Positions 1-13,100 of a stretch of 64,000 nt of DNA are shown piece by piece; position 1 is the stretch's first letter, and each line of letters opens with the position of its first letter. The stretch is from Azolla caroliniana. Lineage: Eukaryota; Plantae; Polypodiophyta. The notes beneath the pieces were generated by a model. It did no database searches and was not told the origin of the DNA. It saw nothing but the letters and a program-made list of their open reading frames with translations. Both the position numbers and the translations under genes were made by a program. The stretch lies in the NCBI GenBank assembly GCA_043228905.1, contig JBHGNT010000017.1, positions 16,740,001 through 16,804,000 of the forward strand. The letters run 5' to 3'.

Positions 1-89
1 TCATCAAAAGGTTTCATTTTCCAGCTATTGAAGACAAATAGTAATAGCAGTCTCTTGCTTAGAGAAAACAAAATGTTAAATCTGCAAAC

Positions 90-1028
90 CTGGAGTATAA
101 GACGCTGCCTTCTCTTATTGGGCTCTGAGGACGGTGTTGAACGTTTCTTAACCTTAGGCCTAACTAAATCTTCGCCTTCATGTTGCTTTCTTGCATCTGG
201 TTGACCACTAGGGGTGATCCCGCCCACCTTAAGCTTTAGCTTAGGAAGTAGTGAATGACCATCTCCTCCACTAGTCTCATTTTCATATCCTACTGACTTG
301 AGTGATGATACACTACCTTTGCTTCTTTGGTTGTTACCTTGAATATAACCACCTGCTATACCCTCATTTTGAAGATTATCTATTGGGTTTTCATGATCAT
401 ATGAGGCAGCATTGTTCTTCTGGGCGTTTCCAGCAAGATGTTTCTCTAAACCATGTCTATTTCGTGACTTTGGATAGCCTTCTTTCAATTCAGAGCTTCG
501 TCTTCCTTTGTCATAATCTCTTCTGTCACGCGCATAATCTCTACTACCATCCCGATCCTTACGACTGCTATCATGAATCCGCTCCTCTCTATCTCTCATT
601 GAACTCTTATCTCTTGATAGATGATTTGACCTCGCTTCAAAACCCCTATCCTTTCTTGAATGATCTGATCGCGATGAAAATTGGCTTCCACTTTTTTCTT
701 TTTGCTGAGGGTTCTTAGCATGATAATCCTCCTTCTCTTTCCGAGAGAAAGGCTCTTTATGATGATCCCTCTCTTTCCACTGCCTATCAGGCTTCTCAGA
801 ATACTCTTTGATCTTCTTCATCCTTTCATGATATTCGGGGCTCCCTGCGTCTCTACCGAGGCTCTTCTCTACAGCTTCTGAATCTCTCCATATCTTTGCA
901 TTTGCATTAGCTCTGCTTTCATGGAAGGAAGAAGGAGGAGGTGGAGGGAGAGGCCTCTCTTCTTCTCTCCTCTTCTCTCTTCTCTGAAAGATCTTCACTT
1001 CGTTCTGATCTTCTTCCATATCTCCCAT
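90..1028 (-). CDS. First coding exon (313 codons) of a probable INO80 complex subunit B / IES2 (PAPA-1-like) gene; continues beyond the left window edge
   Basis: Manual translation from ATG at 1028: MGDMEEDQNEVKIFQRREKRREEERPLPPPPP...(R/D/S-rich)...LPKLKLKVGGITPSG...NKRRQRLILQ, then CAG|GTTTG donor at 90/89. The frame has no stop, and the ORF track misses it because it runs off the window. KLKLKVGG and RQRLILQ recall plant PAPA-1-like/IES2 proteins from memory; the diagnostic C-terminal domains are outside the window. Confidence 0.6.
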
Positions 1029-1364
1029 CCTACTCTCTCTGTGAAGATCAACGGACTTCTCTAGAAAGAAAGTATAGAGAATACCTTGGAGAGAAGAGTC
1101 AGTGGTTTTGTTTTTCAATGGGAATGTCGGCGTTCAAGTTGAACAGAGTCCGAGCCAGGTTTCAGAGAACCTCCTGCAACACCATCAACGGGGCAGGGTG
1201 TTTCCTGCACGTTACCTACATAGCAGAATCCATGTTAGCACGAGTACAAAAAGAGAAGAAACAGAGGAAGACCTCTCAGAGAAAGCAGAAGAAGAAAAAG
1301 GGAGAAGGGGGAGGCGAAGAAGAACACCCTAATGATAATTCAGTGTTGTAGGAGGAAGAAAAGC

Positions 1365-1387
1365 TAGGGTTAGGGTTAGGGTTAGGG
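1365..1387. repeat. (TAGGGT)n telo-box-like repeat in the 5' region of the IES2-like gene
   Basis: TAGGGTTAGGGTTAGGGTTAGGG, about 340 bp upstream of the ATG at 1028. Confidence 0.7.
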
Positions 1388-1436
1388 CTGGGATTAGGTT
1401 TGAATCAAGTATGTATGGGAAACAGGGTAGAGATGA

Positions 1437-1595
1437 GAACATGGCCATGGCCATGGACATAGACATAGGCTATGGCTATGGCTAATACATACATATGTAC
1501 ATTATTATCTGTATATGTCTATGTCCATGGCCATGGTCATGGACATAGACATAGCCATGGCTATGGCTATGGCTAATACATACATACATTATTAT
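1437..1595. repeat. Duplicated hexamer-based low-complexity repeat (ATGGCC/ATGGAC/ATGGCT/ATAC)
   Basis: Two blocks of atggccatgg...gacatagacat...gctatggctatggctaatacatacat. Confidence 0.7.
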
Positions 1596-3686
1596 CTAGT
1601 CATCATGTTCTAATGAGAATTGGAAGGATTGATGTTGTATGAGATTAAGAGTCAAGGTTAGGGTTTCGAAACATGGGGTTAGGATTGGGCGTCCTACTTG
1701 CTTCCCGTATGAATTTCTTCACTCTTTCCCCGGCGCATTGGTTAACCTCTCAAAATTGTCACCCGTATGTTGGTTGTAGGGTCATCTCTTACATAGGAGC
1801 TTCGAACATCTTTCCCTTGCGTTGAGCTTCTCGTTCATGGTTGGTGTGACTAGCTTGAAAGTGTGTGGAGACTTTGGTCATCCATCGTGTGGGGGGGCTC
1901 ATGATAGCCTTAATTATGAGACTAGAGAAGAACAATTCCAATAATAACAAAGAGGTTTTCTGGCATTGTCATGTACATCAAATAATTTTGCTTTTTTTTG
2001 TAGTGACAATGAGATCAATTGTTGATCTAATACCGATTACATGCAGTGTCAGTTCCGTGATTCTTGTCTCCAGTGACCATGGAAAACATATTGCTTTAGG
2101 GTGGATGGAAAGAAGACTTGAGGCATCCTCTTCAGAATGATCCGTCTAATTTGTTTCATTTCTACTACTTTTCTTTGTTACTTTTCTTTGTTAGATTCAT
2201 TGACTATGCCCAAAAAATTATATTTGCTTTCTTGCATTATCCTTCTAAAATGCCTAAATTTGAAGTTCTAAAATGCAACCCTTTCCACAATTTGAGAATC
2301 ATTCAAATATATTGCGTAGGTTAATAATGACTCCAAGAGAATGGACGAATGAAACTTGGATTGTTTGTTGAAGGCCAACAACAATGAGTTTGCCCCCATT
2401 TGATCATGAATTGACATGTGGTATCTTGCCTTGATCATTGTATGATGGTGTGTGTTCTAGTAAGACTCTATGGTGTCTCAACTGAGTGCTTCATACTCTC
2501 CAAATTTCTATCTATGAGCCAAAGCAATACATATGGCAAACGTTATCAACAAAAACAGGCCCAAATGATATGAACATAGGAATTAACATGTGATGTCAAG
2601 CAAACAATCCCAATGAGGAATGAAGATCAAAAGCCAAAATAAGCTCTCTCATATCATTTATTCTTGACATGGCCAAACATTGGGAGTAAAAGCATGGATA
2701 TGAAAGTTTTATTGAGGTACAACAAACCTAGGTAATATTGATGACATAGCATTGGCTAACTTCAGAAATAAAATGATTATGCAATTCATATCAAAGTATA
2801 ACCTAAAAATAACACAATTGGAAGAAAGGAACAAAAAGACATGCAATCAAGGATAAATAAAAGGACAACACAAATTTATGTTGGCTTCTACAAGTGAAGA
2901 GCATATGCAATACCCATAATCAACTAGTGTAACGCATAAAAAAAATGTGAACATTTTTACAAACTGTGGTCAAGATTAATCTCTAATTGTCATGAAGCTT
3001 GCTCTAAAGCACAAACCTGCACTTGCACAACAAGCCTTTGGTATTAATGATGCAAAAAGATTTACCCATACAATTGGCATCATGTTTAGCACCACAAAAA
3101 CACAAAGCTAAGTAACGTCTTTCACAAAATGGTTGCAATGTAAAACTTGTGTTTGCGTAGATGATGCTAGGTAATGGATCAGGCCAAGAAAGGCTTGTAC
3201 TTAGTAATAGCTAACATTACGGAAAACCAACATTCAATTTCCTTTGTTCTTATCTATCCTAGAAAAAGGCATACATTATACTCTACATAAAATTAGGGTG
3301 TACATCTCTATTAGCATGTATAGTTTGCTCAATCACATTAGTCAACTGCAATGGTGGGTACACTTACCTTAAATGAAACAAGTTAAAACCACAAATCCAT
3401 CACTAGAGACTACACACCCTCAACTCACAAGTAGATGTGAATAGTATTGTCCCATCAGCAAGAACCCTGTCATCACTCATTGTTTGCTCCACTCAATTTT
3501 CTATTTGATGGCTAATCTCAAGCAAATTATGCAGCAACTTTAAAGGCTCAATCCATGGCCACTATCAAACCCTAGGTCACAAATTTAGCATCAACTAGTT
3601 GGATTTCACATTGGTAAGATCTAGTATTAACATACATTCTCGTAGCAAAGGAGACTAATTGGTAGGTTGTTTAGCCTGATAAATAT

Positions 3687-3880
3687 TAAATCTTCCAATG
3701 TAACTATGAAACTTTTACTTTGCTGAGGGCTATACACATTGTGACATGCTCAATAAAAAGCATACAAGCAACTTCATATGTGACTGTAAATCTTCCAATG
3801 TAACATTATAATTTTTACTTTGCTGAGGGCTATAAACATTGCGACATGCTCAATCAAAAGCATACAGGCAACTTTATACG
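3687..3880. repeat. ~100-bp imperfect tandem duplication downstream of the P5CDH stop
   Basis: taaatcttccaatgtaac...ttttactttgctgagggctata...gacatgctcaat..aaagcataca.gcaact starts at 3687 and again at 3787. Confidence 0.75.
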
Positions 3881-4140
3881 CCACCATTACGACTGTCGTA
3901 AGAATCAACATGACAAAAACTCATTCACAAGAATTCACAGTTTATATTGCCAATGATTATTCACAAGACCACACTTTGTAATCAATCATATGCAAGTAGA
4001 CTTTCCATTACAACCAGAAGAATCATACATCTCCACTACTATATGTGGATTGCTGATCATTTTCATGGGAAGATTGCTCACTACACATTCCAATGAGCTC
4101 ATCATATCATTAAGACTACTCACCATTAATATCATTGAGC

Positions 4141-7100
4141 TTACGATGATGATGGTAATGACCAAGATTGCGATATCGGACCCACATCCTGAATAACTTC
4201 CCGGTGACAAGACCAAACAAGTTTGATTGCCTCGGGAGTGCCAATGCCTGCAGCCCTCGGATCACCAGCTGGTCCAAACCTGTGATCAAAGAATCAATGG
4301 CATCATACTCTGGAAAAATGATGAAAGTAGCTTAATGCCTCTGGTGGGATGACAACAGACTACCATAAAAGCCCCTTTTGCTTCAAGTGAATTTACCATG
4401 ATTGAGACAGGAATATAGGTAGTCTAATATCATACCAATGATTTTGTGGGGCACCAGTTGTGCGTGCCCTAATGCCCACATATGTTGTTCCATTTATTGT
4501 TCTTCCAAGAACCTCCTGAAGGAATATTGATAGAAGTTGTCAGAATGCAAATTCTAGTTTCATTCGCTATTGTTTACCAAAATATATATCAATAACATAT
4601 CTATTGGAATAATCGGCTGATGCTAATAAACAATGGATTGACAACCAATATACTTTTCTAAATGTTCAAAACATGCACCGAACTAGTGTTGTGTGATTCT
4701 GCATTTCTTCCAGCCATAAACCCAATGCAAATCTTTGAGACATATCTCTAAATTATCTTTCAAACAAATAAACTACTTGTTTGCAATCCCGCAGCAAGTT
4801 CAAGCAAGACAACCAGCCATGATGAAGAAACAACTTTCAGACTGAAGATCCAGAGAACACTGCTTTAGCATGTTTCTCCACTAGCATAGGAAAGTACTTA
4901 ATTGGCTAAGCAAGAACCCCCACATAATTGCTCTGATCCAGAAGGAAGATAGCTAATATCCCAAATTATGCATCACAAGGGGGCAATTAATTCAATACAA
5001 AGCAAAGAAGCTTGTGACTTCTTTTGACAATCTTATAGCTAGAGGTGAATTACTTTCTTCAAAGAAAGGTGAGTACCTGTATGAAATGAGAATCATGCGA
5101 CACAACAGCTGCTGTCAAATGAGCCTCCATCCTCTCACAAGCATCCAGAACAAGTGGCAACTCTTCAGTTGTATAATCTGTCACAACCTGCACACAGAGA
5201 TGAATATGAATTCTTCAAAGAATATTTCGCATTTCACATAAAGATCTTCACGTACTTGGAAGGGTCCAAATATTTCAGTTGTCACAAGACCAAAATATTC
5301 ATTTTTCACTATTTGTTGAAGCGGCACAAATACTGCAGTAGGTTCTACTGCTCCATATACTTTTGGGATATTGTGATTCTCTAGTGGTTTTCCACCAAAG
5401 AGCAACCTCGCACCAGGAATCTCCAAAAGCTTGTTAATGTGATCCAAGATTTGGTCTGTTGTCACCTAAAATTACAGAACAAATACAAAAATACTTTTAT
5501 CGGTTCAGCCTGCTCAACTTTCAATCCTAATACTCTACCAATCATAGCAGACATGTTCATCATTACAACATTATCCAAATAAACCAAACACAATATACTG
5601 ATTTTGTATGAACCTGATGGAGACAGAATGTTTGAGTCATAAATCTAAAGGTACTCCAACCTAAAATAAATAGATATAATCACTCAAGTCATAATAGATC
5701 AGTCTGGATAAGATGTTAATAATATAACTGGTTGCTGAACAAAACTGGTGCTTCCTATATAAGCATCTGCATTAAAGTTAAAGCGGAGCATTTAAAACTT
5801 TATTTTAATTATAACGAAGGCCTTTTGCATATTGGTTCAAATTAACTTTTTCGAAAATTAAGAAGAAACATCAATACAGTTACGAGAATTATACCAATTT
5901 TGCCTGAGGGAATGACTACTCATTGGCTATCACAAAGTGCTTTGAATCTAGAATATAGATATATCCATAAGATAAATACAATAACCAATAGCTTATGAGA
6001 AAAAATAAATTCACTGAACCAATAGCCTATGAGATCCACAGATCTAGAGTATAAGGTTAAGAGAAGGCAGAGCAATTAATGAACCAATAGCCTATGAAGC
6101 AAGGGAAACGGGTGTCATATATCTGAACTGTGTTCTGGTTTAGATATAAACACAAAGTATTAAAATAAATATTTCTGGTTTCTATACTGCCCCGGTCATT
6201 CATTATGGGGCAAAAGCACATTTTGGAAATTTGACAGAACACAACACTTACAGTTAATAGTGAACCAAGTATGCTTTATCTTCAAACAGTTGGAACAAAA
6301 AAACTTACAAAAAGAGTAAGGATTTCCAAAACATACCGTAAGTATTGGCCCAACAGTTAAATCTTCAAGCTTCCTACGTTTTGCAAGTGTACTCAATTTT
6401 GACAGAAAGTTAGTACCCCAATTCTGGACAGCAAGTGGGGAAGTGTTCAGAGAAATCATGAAATTTTCCTTATCTTGTCAATAGTGTTTAACACTTTTTA
6501 CATCAATTTCATTTGAGATAAGCTGAGATTTACCTTATGCATGAAAAGAATGGATTGTGCAGAGCACTTTTGGCCACTACATGCATACGCATCCTGATCA
6601 CAGACCCAAGCAACATAATCTTCCTGAAAAATTGAAAAACTCTTAAGCCAAATACGGGTATGAAAAGCCAACTAGCTATGACATTAATCAATAATGCACA
6701 TATCCAGAAACCATGGAGATAACTCATGCCATTCTTCCTATAAGCCATAATACCATACAAAACTAGGAAGTACAAACTACATTAACTTACCCAACATGAA
6801 TGATAGTGACATTTCTACAGTGTATATCCCTACATAAACTGGCTCTTACCGCATACCAACTAAATGCACTGTTTGTGCCACTTTCAAAAGTAACTGCTAC
6901 GGCCTATAGATTAAGACTAACTTGTTTTCAAATAACACTAACTCGGTCATGTCCAATGTACCTTTTTAATTATTCTGGAGGTTGAACTACGCAAAATCTT
7001 AGACACTAGATATTAAGCCATTTATTATATGGAACAGAAAGATCTAGCTCAATGGTCTGTTAAAGTAATTCAAACCACAAAAATAATGCAAAAGGGTTGC

Positions 7101-10100
7101 CATTCATATTGAGGAACAAAATCACCAGTAAAGAGCAGCATCCCTGAACTTGAGGATTCAAGAAAAAACCTTACATCTCTGACATCTGGCCCAAGAATCT
7201 TCCAATCAAAACCGGCATCTTCTAGTTTAACACGGCCTCTCAGATCTTGGGCAAGCTTTTCAGCTACTCGGGAACTTCCAGTAAACAATGTCATTTTCTG
7301 TTGTGCCTGCAATGGGGATTTCATGTTGAAAAATTGGAGAACATTTATGCCATTTATTGTAATGAAAACATGTGCACGTCATGGATAAGGTGTAAAAAGA
7401 ATATGTTAGGCCTTGTTGATAATAACCAAGTGACTGGACACACATCACGATCCATACAGCATTGCCTACTGAAAGACCTTAACTTGATCAGGGTTGGTTG
7501 AACCTGGTCAAGAAAGGGTGGTATATCGACTCATTCATGAAGTTGGAATGACTTCACTACAGCAATGAGGTTCCTACCAGTACACAAAGAGGCACACATA
7601 CAGTAGCCTAACTAATCCTTCCCATCTTGTATGTGAATGGCATGGTGATCCGTGGAGGACATACAGGCTCTGAAGAGAAATCTGAGCCACAAATTTGATA
7701 TGAAGGACATGGAAGGACCGAAGCACATCTTGGATATGTGAATCACTCCAGATAGAAAGAATCGGCAGATTCACCTCAGGTTGAATACATCACGTATGCC
7801 ATTAAGGACACCAAATTGGACAGAAGTTACAAATAGATTCAACTGTGGCTTTCACACTATGTATCATTACCGTGGTTTTCTCAATATGGGAGTGATTCAC
7901 TGAAGGTCAACGCTCCACAGTGGTGGCCGTCCTTCACACAGCTACGCATATAGAAGTGCATCATCACTTTATCTGGGATCGTATTGAAACGAGCTGGATC
8001 ACTCTACTGAGCGCACACATTGAGCAGCACTGCAGAAGCATTTACAAAGGCCGTTTCTGCCACACGTTTCTATAACTATTGTGGGTTGATGCAAATTGAG
8101 GATGTTGACATATTTTGGTAGTGATGTGTGTGAACACACTTAGGATAGTGATGTGTGAACACATTTAGGACAGTAATGTGTGAACACACTTAGGACAATG
8201 ATGTGTGTGAACACACTTAGGACTACAGGGGCATTTTTTCCCTCTTTAGGAGGTTTTTTCCCCCTGTCTTAAAATACTCTTACAACCCTAAAGTGGTTGA
8301 GCCTTTTGGGATTCAAAGCAAGAACCCAACAGTGGTATCAGAGCTACAAAGCGATATTTGAGCAGCAACACAACGGCTCTCATACGCAGTCCATCTGTGC
8401 CATCTGTGGTGGCGTTTTTCTGCTGTTGAAAAAACAAATTTCTGCGTGTTTTCTTTCTCTGCACAGTTTCAGTTGTGTTTTTTTTCTGCCTCCAAGTCGA
8501 TTCAATCCTAGAAAAAGCCTCCTTGAGTCTTCCAAGACATTCCTCCAACCCTCAGAAATCAGATTGCTTCCCTTTTCTCTTCACTTGTTCATCTTTGAAG
8601 TCAAAGAGGTACGCTATTCCCTTTTATTCATTCAGCAGTCCATTTTTTTACATCAAAACGTGTTCAGTCCACGGCCATGGCTGAGACCAACGATGTATTT
8701 CAAATGCTTGCTGTTGAGGATAAACTGGATGGAACAAATTACCCTCTTTGGGCTTATATGATGCACCATGTATTGGTAGCAAAGGGGTTGTGGAATGTGG
8801 TTCAAGGGTCTGAAAAACGTCCTGTTGTTGAGAACACAAATGCTGATGGTACTGATTCTATCGAGGATGTTGATCATCCTGCTGATGACCATACTACAAT
8901 TTCTGTTGTACCAACTGCAGAGCAACTTCGTTGGGATGGTAGAGATGCTCAGGCACATGCTTTGATAGCTTTGTTTGTGAAAGTGCCATTATTCCCCATA
9001 TTCCCTCTTGCAAGACAGCAAAGGATGCTTGGGATACTCTTACCACTTTGTACCAAGCAAGAAATGAGGCTTGTGTTGCTTATCTCCGAAAACAATTGGA
9101 GAGCGAGCACATGAATGAAGGGGATTCTATGGACTGTTGTCTTACAAAAATCAAAGATTTTAAGGAACAATTAATTTCTGCTAATGAAATGATACCAAAT
9201 AGTTCACTTGTGCAGACCGTTCTAAATGGACTTCCTGATTTATATCAGAGTTTTGCTTCTACTCTTTGTTTAATGATGAAAGGAAATCCCAATGCCTTAT
9301 CATTCGAGGAGCTAGTCTCTGTTTTGTTACAGGAAGATCAATCTAGGCAAAACAGGTCTATTATGTGTGTTGCAGATCAAGCTTTCCTAGCTAGTCAGAA
9401 GGGCAAAGGTAAATGGAACTCTTTTGCTAGCAAGCAAAGATTTGCTAATAATTCACAAGTGAATGAAAAAAAACAAGAGCAAAAACAAAAACTATTTTGC
9501 AAATATTGTAAAGGAATTGATCATATTATAAAGAACTGTCCAAAATTGGCTGCAAAAGAGGCAAAGAAAAAAGAGGCAAGACTCGTTGTTACAGATGTTT
9601 CTGCACCAAAAATAGAGTCTCCAAATCTTGTGCAGAATGAAGAATGGGCATTTACTACTGTTTGTAGTTTTGAACCATCTTCACTTGAACAATGAATGTT
9701 TGTTGCACAATCAAATGTTTGGTACTTCAACAGTGGGGCAACCAAACATATTACCTCGCAGTGCAATTTCTTCACTTCATTGGAGCCTGCCCCTACAGGG
9801 AATACTATCGCATGCGCCAACAACTCATCTTATCCAGTTATGGGTGTTGGTAAGATCCTTTTGACTACTGCTGATGGTAGTCCTTTCATCTTGTTAGATG
9901 CTTTGTTTGTGCCAAGGATCAAGAAAAATCTGTTGTTAGTTTCAGCATTAGCCAAGGTTGGCTTGGTTGTTAAATTTGTTGATGACAGGTGTACAGTTCA
10001 TGATCTGTCCAATGGGGATGTTATTATTGCTTCTGGCATTTTATGTCGTGGGCTGTATAAGCTCATAGATTATGAACAATCTATAAATGATTCAGCCTGT

Positions 10101-13100
10101 GCAATACAAGATTCTCAAGCTATTTCAGATGCAAAGATTTGGCATGCATGCTTTGGTCATCTGAATTTTGCAAGTTTGCTTTGTCTGCAGAAATCTGAAA
10201 TGGTGTCCTCCTTGTCCAAACTTGAGGCACCCCGGAAGCATGTTTGTGAAGGCTGCATTTTGGGCAAAATGCACCGTTCATCCTTTCGAAAAGATGGTTT
10301 AGTTCGAGCTACGCAGAAATTGCAGCTTGTTCATAGTGATGTCTGTGGTCCTATGCAAACACATTCTCTTGGGAACTATCTTTATTTTGTGACTTTCATT
10401 GATGACTTTTCTAGGCATGCATGGGTATATCCATTGAAGGGAAAGGCTGAAGTGTTTCTGTGCTTCAAACAATTTCTAGCTTTCGCTGAGAATGTCATCA
10501 TGTAAAATGGGCACCCTCCGTTCTGATCGAGGGGGGGAGTATATGTCTTCTGAGTTTAATGCATTTCTGGCTGAACGTGGGATAAAACATCAGTGTACAG
10601 TGCCGTATACACCTCAACAAAATGGAGTGGCCGAAAGAAAGAACAGGTCACTCATGGAAATGGTGAGGTGTATGGTCAAAAGTCAAGCCTTACCACATAG
10701 TTTTTGACTTGAGGCTGTCATGTGTGCAGCATATGTACTTAACAGGTGTCCCACTAAAGCACTGCACTCTATCACTCCATATGAAGCTTGGCATGGCCAA
10801 AAGCCATCTATTGCTCATCTGCGTGTTTTTGGTTGTTTGGCATATGCATTCGTGCCTAAACAACACCACAAAAAATTGGATGATAAAGCAGTGAAATGTA
10901 TTTTTGTAGGATATAGTTCTGAAAGTAAAGGCTATCATCTGTATCATCCACAATATAAATGCATTTTAGTTAGCTGTGATGTTTTTGTGGAGGATGCAAT
11001 TCAGCCACTTCTTTCATGTACCAAGGAGACATCAGTTAGCTCCAAAGATGTGTATGACACTTTGTTGCCTCTGTTTACAAGTGGACAATTAAGTGTTGAC
11101 TTACTTGAGGCACCTTCTCAGCCTTTGGAAGCTACTCATAATGATGCAGATCATTCTATTTCTGATGCAGACTTACATGATGCACTTATTAATGAGAGGG
11201 CTGATATAGAGGAGGCAAAGACTGTGCCTAGATGGCTGTTGCAGACTTTGCAAGACAGTAAATTTGATTTTCCTTTGCCATACCGTACTCGTTCAAGTTA
11301 TCATAGTGCTTCTTTTGCATCAGATTGTTATGCAATGGCTGCCTCTAGTCTTTGCAATGAGAGTGAGCCTGTTTCTTTTGATGAAGCACAAAATTCAGAA
11401 AATTGGATGGCTGCTATGCAATCAGAATATGAGGCTATTATGAAGACTGGTACATGGTCTTTATGTGACTTGCTTCTTGGCAAGAAGGCTATTGGCACTA
11501 AGTGGGTATATAAACTAAACTGTAAACCTGATGGAACAATTGACAGGTATAAGGCTAGGCTTGTTGCGAAAGGTTATGCCCAAGAAAATGGCATTGATTT
11601 TGATGAGACCTTTGCTCCACCTGCCGTATGACTACTGTTCGTAGCATCTGTGCAATTGCAGCTCATCGTGGTTGGAATGTACATCAGTTGGACATTAAAA
11701 CAGCATTTTTAATGGTGATATTCATGAGGAAGTGTATGTATCCCAGCCCCATGGTTTTGTGCAAAAAGGGCATGAACACAAAGTGTGCAGGTTGCAAATG
11801 GCATTATATGGCTTGAAGCAAGCACCGCGTTCTTGGTATGAAAAGATACATGCCTATTTGATTGCATTTGGGTTTGAGAATAGTCCAACTGAAAGTACCT
11901 TATATGTTAAGCGTGCTGATGATGTATTTCTGATCATGGTTGTGTATGTCGATGATATGTTGCTCACTGGTCCCAATGAGAAGCATATTGCTGACTTTAA
12001 GGCTGATTTGCATGCCTCCTTTGAGATGTCAAATTTGGGGCATTTGCATCATTATTTGGGCATTCAATTTATGCAAGTTGATGGTGGAATAGCATTGTGT
12101 CAATCGAAATACATCAACACATTATTACAGCGTTTTGGCCTTGAAGACTGTAAAGCTATTGCCACTCCCATGGAGTTCGGTTTACGTTTGAGCCTTCATG
12201 ATGCTGGAGATGCATTTGATGATGTTCTCTATCAGCAGGCAGTTGGATGCTTGATTTACTTACGCATAACCCCACCTGACATTCAGTTTGCTGTCATTAA
12301 GCATTAGCAAGCAGTTAAGCGCATCTTTCGCTACTTGAGTGTGTTAGGTGTAGAGGCCCGTAGTTCGCAAATTAGGTAATTATTCATGTATGTGAACACA
12401 TTGTTCACCTGGACAGGACACCTCCTTTTGTAATGTGAACACACCACTTTCTTTGTAAGGTTAACTAATATAATAACCTTTTTTTTCTTGTGTACCAATC
12501 AAGGCGGTTGGGTACACCAAAGATTTGTGTGTCTCTACTCTCATCTCTACTACAGTCCTGTTTGCTGAACGTCATCTCTCAATAGTTGATCTGTCAAACA
12601 TCCCTCTTTACCTTTAATTGGTATCAGAGCCGAATCTCTTTCCTCTGCTTTGCTGTTTTTCGTTAGATTCAGAATCAGCAGAAAACACAGATTTAAAAAA
12701 TAAAAATAAAAAATCTGTCAGACCCTTTCCTATTGGTATTCTGCTCAATTTCTGAAGGCATCTGTCATAAATCTTGGGAGCAATGGCCTCCACTTCAGCT
12801 GAACTGAAAAAACCTCTTTGAAATCAAGAGATTTGATGGAAAAGGTTTCGAATTGTGGAGAGAGCGTATGCTGGGCATCCTCTTTCTAAGAGATTGTGAA
12901 GATGCTCTCGTAGAAAAGAATCCAGAGAGCATGGAAAATGATGCTTGGAACACTCTGAATAAGAAAGCCATTACATATATTAAAATGGTTGTTTCTGATG
13001 AAATTCTTGTAGATGTAGACGGCTTGACTATACTGCCCATCAAGTTTGGGAGAAACTTAAGAAAACTTACGAGAATACTACTCCTATGAATCAGGTGCAT

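Noticed and set aside
302-1351. Plus-strand ORFs 302-718, 681-881, 941-1351 and 1102-1332
   Set aside because: Antisense shadows of the low-complexity minus-strand exon and UTR.
1365-1387. Interstitial vertebrate-type telomere (TTAGGG)
   Set aside because: Under four units, in a gene 5' region; best explained as telo-box-like promoter/UTR repeats.
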